64,000 nt of DNA from IMG/VR virus record IMGVR_UViG_3300029653_000083, positions 74,236-138,235 of that record. One strand, given 5' to 3'. Source of the stretch: a virus (Duplodnaviria > Heunggongvirae > Uroviricota > Caudoviricetes). Both the position numbers and the translations under genes were made by a program. The notes beneath the pieces are model-generated. The model was not told the DNA's origin and did not search any database. It saw only the letters and a program-made list of their open reading frames with translations. Positions 58,624-64,000 of this stretch are shown here, one piece after another. How positions within the stretch are numbered: the first letter of the stretch is position 1; each line of letters begins with the position of its first letter.

Positions 58624-59649
58624 GTGGCTAAGAAGAAAGGCGGAATGTCCGCCGGTTCCCTGCTTGGCGGCATTCTGGTCGTGTTGACGGCCATGGTGCT
58701 CATCGTGAATCTTGGATTGTGGACTCCCATGTCGAAGATTTTCGGATTGCCGGAAATCAACAGTCTATCCCAGTTGATGCCGGGTGAGGATTCCAAGGTG
58801 AAGCCGGATGTGAAATTAGGGTTGAAGGAGCCTTCCTTGAAGTCGTCCGGCTCCAATTCGCAAACCAATACTCCAGAAGCCGCAGAAACGCCCTCAGAAA
58901 CGACGCAGACACAAAATGGGGACAATTCCTCAAGTCAAGCACAAAAAGCCTCCACAAGCGTTCCTGAAGGTGCTTTAAGCCCTATCAGCACGAAACAGGC
59001 GCTTGACAAACTCGCTGACATCGAAACCGCAACCCCGCACACCAAAGGATACAATCGCAAAACCGACTTCGGCACATGGCAGAACAGCAACCAGCTCTGC
59101 GGATACGGCACCACCCGCGACTACATCCTCAAACGCGACATGACCGACGTGACCATGGACAAGAACTGCAAGGTGCTCACCGGCACCCTCCAAGACCCAT
59201 ATACAGGCAATGCCATCAAATTCCAGCGCGACACCTACGAGACCGTCAACGGCAAACAGAAGAAAACAGGCGGAGACAGCATGGCCGTCCAAATCGACCA
59301 TGTGGTGGCTGTCAACGACGCTTGGGCCAGCGGACTGTGGAAGGACTCGCGCAAGGGCGACCGCATCACCTATGCGAACGACCCGGAAGTGCTCGTCGCG
59401 TCCGAAGGAGAAGCGAACAACATCAAACAGCAGGGCGTGAACCTTGTTAAGGACGAGGCGTTGAACGGTTCCTCGACCAGGTGGAAGGACGCAACGCCCA
59501 GCATTTGGCTCCCGTCCAACAAGACGTACCAATGCTCGTATATGGCTAAACGCGTGTACATCAAAGACAAGTACAAACTGTCCATGAGCAGTTGGGAAAA
59601 AGCCGAAACGAAGTCGTTCCTCACGCAATGCGTGGCCGACGGGAACTGA
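58624..59649 (+). CDS. membrane-anchored secreted nuclease (DUF1524 / HNH-like)
   Basis: N-terminal TM; Ser/Thr linker; QIDHVVAVNDAWASGLW....NDPEVLVASEGEANNIKQ matches DUF1524. Confidence 0.55.
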   Translation: MAKKKGGMSAGSLLGGILVVLTAMVLIVNLGLWTPMSKIFGLPEINSLSQLMPGEDSKVKPDVKLGLKEPSLKSSGSNSQTNTPEAAETPSETTQTQNGDNSSSQAQKASTSVPEGALSPISTKQALDKLADIETATPHTKGYNRKTDFGTWQNSNQLCGYGTTRDYILKRDMTDVTMDKNCKVLTGTLQDPYTGNAIKFQRDTYETVNGKQKKTGGDSMAVQIDHVVAVNDAWASGLWKDSRKGDRITYANDPEVLVASEGEANNIKQQGVNLVKDEALNGSSTRWKDATPSIWLPSNKTYQCSYMAKRVYIKDKYKLSMSSWEKAETKSFLTQCVADGN

Positions 59650-59667
59650 TAGCCGGTTTCTCCATGA

Positions 59668-59729
59668 GACCCGTCGCCTGTAATCTATGGTTATAGAGAT
59701 TCCATATGAGGGCGGCGGGTCGTCTTTTT
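59668..59729 (+). terminator. putative terminator (long loop)
   Basis: GACCCGTCGCC..32 nt..GGCGGCGGGTC then TCTTTTTG. Confidence 0.35.
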
Positions 59730-59937
59730 GCGCGAGAGATAAGGGTTCATCTAGAAGAGAAAAACACCCGTTAAACCCCTTGTTGGGAAAATTTTTCCTG
59801 TTTTTCCGGTTTTTCACCAGATGAATGTTCGAGGTCGTTTACTGTAACAGTTGAGACCGGGTTTTCGTGGTATATCTTCCACCATCTGGTTTCTTTCCCG
59901 GTCTCTGTGGAACGCTCCTCACGGGGAGTGTGTTTCG

Positions 59938-59982
59938 GGTTCCGCCACCCGTGTGTGGATTCTTTTTTTGGGTGGCGGAACC
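59938..59982. other. 13-bp perfect inverted repeat with 19-nt loop
   Basis: GGTTCCGCCACCC / GGGTGGCGGAACC then ATTTTCTTTTC. Confidence 0.5.
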
Positions 59983-60027
59983 ATTTTCTTTTCTAATCGA
60001 CATTGTGGCGATTTGAGAAGAGAATGA

Positions 60028-60053
60028 TGTTATACTAGAAGCGTTCACACAAT
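60028..60053 (+). promoter_or_regulatory. motif 1
   Basis: tgttatactagaagcgttcacacaat. Confidence 0.5.
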
Positions 60054-60082
60054 AACAGAAAAAGCCAGCCAAGGAGAAAAAC

Positions 60083-60454
60083 ATGAGCAACTACTTCAAC
60101 AGCATCGAACATCAAATCAACCTCATGCTCGACAGGGAACAAGACCTCCAAGACGAACAGGAACAGCGCCTACGGGATATTCACGACGGCATCGGAGACT
60201 ACGTGCTGTTGCCCGAAGGCGACCCGTGGAACATCGATGACTACGAGCAAGACCCACAGCCCACCAACGTCAACAACACTTGCAGTCACGGACTCTATGT
60301 TGACGAAGGTGTGAAATCTGGAACCATGTATCATCTCAACCCTGACCTCGGACTGTGGGCGGCTTGTGACGACTACGAGGACATAGAAAAAATGGTCAGG
60401 GAAGGCAAAACGCTCACCCAGCCCATCGACGATTACGATTCGAAGCTCGCCTGA
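60083..60454 (+). CDS. hypothetical acidic protein
   Basis: ORF track; AAGGAG RBS. Confidence 0.5.
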   Translation: MSNYFNSIEHQINLMLDREQDLQDEQEQRLRDIHDGIGDYVLLPEGDPWNIDDYEQDPQPTNVNNTCSHGLYVDEGVKSGTMYHLNPDLGLWAACDDYEDIEKMVREGKTLTQPIDDYDSKLA

Positions 60455-60497
60455 GAAAGAATTTTTCCTGCAACCTTCCTTGTTTGCGAAAAACTAC

Positions 60498-60523
60498 GTT
60501 ATAGTGGAACCAGTCACAAACAA
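60498..60523 (+). promoter_or_regulatory. motif 1
   Basis: cgttatagtggaaccagtcacaaaca. Confidence 0.5.
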
Positions 60524-60536
60524 GAAAGGTTCCTTT

Positions 60537-60869
60537 TTGAACACCGAAACGGACATCACGGACAGTCAAACCCAAGAACGTTCCCGTCCGCGCAAAGACC
60601 TTGACACCGTAGGAGGGTTCCTTGACTCCTGCAAGGACGAGACGCCAATCCTGCTTTACTTCAACACAAACGACGGAATACAAAGAATCCCCCACATCCT
60701 AGGAGACCCGCCCACCGTCGGACAACTCCGACTCAACAAATATCTGCGGCCACTGAAAATCCAACGAAGAGTCCGCTACCAGATTGCCGGAACCAGCGAC
60801 ACCGGCTGGGTCATCCGGGTCGATGAACGATTCAAGAAAAAGAAATACGTCAAAGCGTCGAAAGCCTGA
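60537..60869 (+). CDS. hypothetical basic protein (TTG start)
   Basis: Track ORF start lies upstream of motif 1; TTG after AAAGG RBS chosen. Confidence 0.4.
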   Translation: MNTETDITDSQTQERSRPRKDLDTVGGFLDSCKDETPILLYFNTNDGIQRIPHILGDPPTVGQLRLNKYLRPLKIQRRVRYQIAGTSDTGWVIRVDERFKKKKYVKASKA

Positions 60870-60873
60870 ATAC

Positions 60874-61623
60874 TTGGAATATCAGAACAACACCGTGAAC
60901 AAAAACTGCCTATACTCCAACGGAGACCGGGAAGCAGTCTTGCAGACCATCTTCCGTAGGGGAGTCCTCCCACAGGTCGTGGTGTACGCGCTCGGACTAC
61001 TGGTGGCGGTATGGCTTCTCGCATATTCGAACTCCCTGACGGGAGGATGGAAAATCATCTTCCTGTTCCTGTCCATCCTGAACTTCGTGTCCGGAATCCG
61101 AGGACTCGTCAAGGTAAGCGCCAGCTGGACAACGCTCCGTGACTGCGCGTATCCGAACATCGACGCGAACGCGGCTGAAACATGGGATTTGGCAGTATGG
61201 CTCGCCAACAGTCCGCAATTCGGAGGAACCCCAATCCGGGATATGCGACAGCAGGAACTACGTGAGGCATTGGATGAGTACGGGCCACTGTTCCAAGCGA
61301 ACAATCCCGAAGACGTGACCATCCAACTGAACCGGTTGGAACGGCTCATGCACGAAGTGGATTGGACAGGCCAATACGTTCATGCTCTCCTTCTATTCCG
61401 ACAGTTGAAAGACTCGCATCTCAAATATTGGAGCCAACTGGACGGAGCCTACCGTCAAACGTTAATAAAACTGACGTCAGGCATGCGTTTGGAAAACCTA
61501 CGCGAAGACGTGCAACTCTCCCCACACCGCATGGTCATCTTGGACGGATTGCAGATTAACTGCGGACTGCACGGTACCGCAGGAAAGTACACCGTCGGCT
61601 ATGAGGACGGCGGTGTACTGTGA
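60874..61623 (+). CDS. hypothetical membrane protein
   Basis: Start uncertain (TTG 60874 or GTG 60895). Confidence 0.4.
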   Translation: MEYQNNTVNKNCLYSNGDREAVLQTIFRRGVLPQVVVYALGLLVAVWLLAYSNSLTGGWKIIFLFLSILNFVSGIRGLVKVSASWTTLRDCAYPNIDANAAETWDLAVWLANSPQFGGTPIRDMRQQELREALDEYGPLFQANNPEDVTIQLNRLERLMHEVDWTGQYVHALLLFRQLKDSHLKYWSQLDGAYRQTLIKLTSGMRLENLREDVQLSPHRMVILDGLQINCGLHGTAGKYTVGYEDGGVL

Positions 61624-61937
61624 ACTATCAGATGCTACGGGACGCTCGTAGTGGACGAATCCACATGTTCTCCGACAATTGCTGGATGCTCCGGGACTGG
61701 GTGGCGAAAAACATCGGGCTGGAAGAGAACGGCGTAGCACTCATACGCAGACTCGACCTGTTGGAAATGGAAAAATACTCCACCAAAATGATGGACAATC
61801 CCGAATCGTCCAGCGAGGAATACTGGCAAGCGAAAACCATGCATGACGGCGTGGTCAGAACCTTCAAAGAACTATCGCCGGTGGCGCTACTCGAATACTG
61901 GGACTGTCTGAACGACACTCCCGTCAACATCCTCTGA
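61620..61937 (+). CDS. hypothetical protein
   Basis: GTGA overlap with upstream. Confidence 0.45.
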   Translation: MNYQMLRDARSGRIHMFSDNCWMLRDWVAKNIGLEENGVALIRRLDLLEMEKYSTKMMDNPESSSEEYWQAKTMHDGVVRTFKELSPVALLEYWDCLNDTPVNIL

Positions 61938-61974
61938 GCTTAGAAAAACCCCAAAACCTCTGAAAGGAGCAGCA

Positions 61975-62418
61975 TTGGACGAAGAATCCTCCACCCAACG
62001 TTTCCGTGTCCTCATGGCCGGTATCAGCGAAGGTGAGACCAGAATCCTCTACAACATCGAAAATGGAAGGTTGACCGCCGACATTCTCAAAAGCAACATC
62101 GGCAGACGACTGCTGGATGCCGGACTCATCCGACGTAACGGGCAATCAGCCCCGTCCCTCACCAAGGATGGCATGCGCCTCGTATCCACGCTCGCCCAAG
62201 GCGAGGCAGACCGTCCAATCCGACTATACGAGCGCAACAGCGAAACGCTGCTCCGCCAAGCCGGACAGGGAACGGCCAACGCATACAAGACCGGTTTCGA
62301 AAACGCCGCCGTCGAACTGTTGACCGACCGGCTTGTCCGACTTGACATCGCCTCCGGAACCCTCACCCTGCTTCCTGCGGGAACGGAACTCCTGTCCAAG
62401 CTCGACAAGGCGGCTTGA
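61975..62418 (+). CDS. hypothetical protein
   Basis: AAAGGAG RBS. Confidence 0.5.
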   Translation: MDEESSTQRFRVLMAGISEGETRILYNIENGRLTADILKSNIGRRLLDAGLIRRNGQSAPSLTKDGMRLVSTLAQGEADRPIRLYERNSETLLRQAGQGTANAYKTGFENAAVELLTDRLVRLDIASGTLTLLPAGTELLSKLDKAA

Positions 62419-62419
62419 C

Positions 62420-62623
62420 ATGCTGGGCTGGCTGACTCAACAGAACGTGCTTGTGGCGATTGCTATTGGAGCCATCATCCTACTGCTCATGTTCCTCATC
62501 CCCGCCGTCGAGGAACTGGTCGGCACGTATACTCCGTTGGGAGAATTCTGCGAAAGGCCGAACATGAGATGGGCTGTGGTCATCCTGACCATCGTAGCGG
62601 TTCTCACGGTAGTGGTCATCTGA
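62420..62623 (+). CDS. small membrane protein (68 aa, 2 TM)
   Basis: ATG directly after stop of upstream gene. Confidence 0.4.
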   Translation: MLGWLTQQNVLVAIAIGAIILLLMFLIPAVEELVGTYTPLGEFCERPNMRWAVVILTIVAVLTVVVI

Positions 62624-62638
62624 CTTTTTCCCTTGACG

Positions 62639-62666
62639 GGGACGGCTTGATGCCGTCCCTTTTTTG
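62639..62666 (+). terminator. rho-independent terminator
   Basis: GGGACGGC-ttgat-GCCGTCCC followed by TTTTTTG. Confidence 0.75.
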
Positions 62667-62738
62667 TTTCCCGCATCAAGTATGGGACAGTGTTCCAGCC
62701 GACTAATCTAGGAAAGGAAAGACTCGAAAGGTGGAAAC

Positions 62739-63023
62739 GTGAAAGGCTTCCTAAAGAACCTATTGGCTTTGACCGGGCTGGCGTCCATCATCACCATGCT
62801 CGGCTCCCTCGCATATGTGGATAAGAAACTACATGATGTGGGCAACGAATACAAGTACGGCCCCGCACGGCATCTGGAGTATTTGAGCGCGCTGTTGCAC
62901 TCCTTCAACCGTTCTATAGATGTTATTGCCGCCGACACGCATCGGAAGGTGTGCGATGAGGAGAATCGGAAGTATGACCGTTTGGAGGATGAGCGGGAGA
63001 GGGCTTGGAGCGCGGCCCGCTGA
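62739..63023 (+). CDS. hypothetical secreted/membrane protein
   Basis: GTG start, signal-like N-terminus. Confidence 0.4.
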   Translation: MKGFLKNLLALTGLASIITMLGSLAYVDKKLHDVGNEYKYGPARHLEYLSALLHSFNRSIDVIAADTHRKVCDEENRKYDRLEDERERAWSAAR

Positions 63024-63050
63024 GTATTTGGTTTTCTTTGCGTCTGTCTA

Positions 63051-63077
63051 TGTTATAGTGGAACTGTTCACATAAAA
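63051..63077 (+). promoter_or_regulatory. motif 1
   Basis: tgttatagtggaactgttcacataaaa. Confidence 0.5.
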
Positions 63078-63095
63078 CAGATTCGAAGGAAGACT

Positions 63096-63353
63096 ATGAA
63101 CCAAAAAGTCCTCATCACTCTCAACAACGGAGCGAAACGTATCGTATACCGTGACGACCTCTGCCACGAGCTGGCCGACCTGCTCCGGCTCTACCTGCAC
63201 GCCGACGCGTTGCCGGGAACAGGGGAACGTTGGGAACTGTTGAGGACGCTTGCATCCACTCTCATTGGTCGCGCTATCGAAAAAGGGCTTTTTGAGGACT
63301 GCGCCCGCGTGAACGTGTATCCGGTTTCTTTCCAAATGGTTCGGCCTGATTGA
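63096..63353 (+). CDS. hypothetical protein
   Basis: GAAGGAAG RBS. Confidence 0.5.
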   Translation: MNQKVLITLNNGAKRIVYRDDLCHELADLLRLYLHADALPGTGERWELLRTLASTLIGRAIEKGLFEDCARVNVYPVSFQMVRPD

Positions 63354-63368
63354 CATATTCAACAAACT

Positions 63369-63396
63369 GAGTTACAGTGGAACTGTTCACACATAT
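63369..63396 (+). promoter_or_regulatory. motif 1
   Basis: gagttacagtggaactgttcacacatat. Confidence 0.5.
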
Positions 63397-63417
63397 AGAC
63401 CCAAAGGAGAAAACCAA

Positions 63418-63681
63418 ATGACCGTCAACGAACTCATCGAACAATTAAAGAACCTACCCAAGGAAGTACGCGAACGCCCCATCATGGACGGCAATCCGAA
63501 CAATGAATACTGGTTGGCCGACCTCCGCGCGATTTCAGTCGCCAAGGTCGTTGTATCCGGCGATGGCGCTTGTAACATGTACGACCCGGTACTTTCCGAC
63601 GAGGAAAACATCGAAGAACTGGAAGACAGATACGACATGTCAATGCATGTCGAACATCGGGCATTGGCATTCTTCAATTGA
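63418..63681 (+). CDS. hypothetical acidic protein
   Basis: AAAGGAG RBS. Confidence 0.5.
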   Translation: MTVNELIEQLKNLPKEVRERPIMDGNPNNEYWLADLRAISVAKVVVSGDGACNMYDPVLSDEENIEELEDRYDMSMHVEHRALAFFN

Positions 63682-63697
63682 GATAGGGGTCGTACAA

Positions 63698-64000
63698 ATG
63701 GACGCGAACACTCCCATTAACATTCCCATCCGTCTTGAACAGTGGATACATGACAACTACATGGAAGTCGAAACCATTATCATCGATGCCCGGACAATCC
63801 TAGACGCAACCGATTTCGATAATCTTCCCGAATGGGAGGATTGGGATACGGACTTCATCGCGGAGGACGCTCAAAGAATTGGGCTGCTGAAAATGTGGTC
63901 TGGGCCATTCACCGTCGAACTATTCAACTGTGACGAGTATCCCGACTATCTCGAATGGCGCAAAACTCATAAGACCGTCGAAGGTGCCGCAGAACACATT
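63698..64000 (+). CDS. hypothetical protein, 3' end cut by window edge
   Basis: ATG at 63698, stop-free to window end. Confidence 0.4.
   Translation, partial: MDANTPINIPIRLEQWIHDNYMEVETIIIDARTILDATDFDNLPEWEDWDTDFIAEDAQRIGLLKMWSGPFTVELFNCDEYPDYLEWRKTHKTVEGAAEHI

Noticed and set aside
1-64000. Integrative element (ICE or prophage) interpretation
   Set aside because: No integrase or recombinase, tRNA, att-like direct repeats or phage structural genes were seen. An iteron replicon plus parA favours a plasmid. The window covers only part of the replicon, so this is not conclusive.

Overview
High-GC (~58%), Actinobacteria-like sequence (Bifidobacterium-type usage, class C sortase, LPXTG-like pilus proteins); the taxon is inferred, not proven. 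It is most consistent with a segment of a large conjugative plasmid or megaplasmid. Layout: (1) 0.6-16.6 kb: one-directional (minus-strand) run of ~30 small cargo genes, including an RNA ligase, DnaQ-like exonuclease, GNAT, ArdC anti-restriction protein, HEAT-repeat paralogs and a DUF2786 protein. Almost every gene is preceded by the same ~23-bp conserved element (motif 1). (2) 16.7-18 kb: a lone plus-strand AAA ATPase behind an AT-rich promoter. (3) 19.9-23.0 kb: a complete diversity-generating retroelement (RT, Avd-like gene, 154-bp template repeat, variable repeat at the 3' end of a secreted CLec-like target gene). (4) 23.1-31.2 kb, directly upstream and co-oriented: a sortase-dependent pilus/adhesin operon (RCC1/CnaB giant adhesin, class C sortase, pilin with unusual MPxTG sorting motifs). 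(5) 31.4-37.1 kb: interrupted flotillin, DnaB helicase, ParB/Srx-domain protein. (6) 37.3-41.4 kb: plus-strand small genes and an AAA ATPase. (7) 42.2-43.0 kb: an 0.85-kb strand-asymmetric A/C-rich non-coding region. (8) 43.0-54.1 kb: type IV secretion module (MinD/CpaE-like ATPase, VirD4/TraG coupling protein, VirB6/TrbL-like polytopic protein, small membrane proteins). (9) 54.3-56.9 kb: theta-type replicon (ParA, adaptor, Rep initiator, 22-bp iterons x3.8, AT-rich DUE). (10) 57.2-64.0 kb: membrane/secreted proteins (SD-repeat protein, DUF1524 nuclease) and more motif-1-driven small genes. No rRNA, tRNA, CRISPR array, integrase or transposase was recognised.
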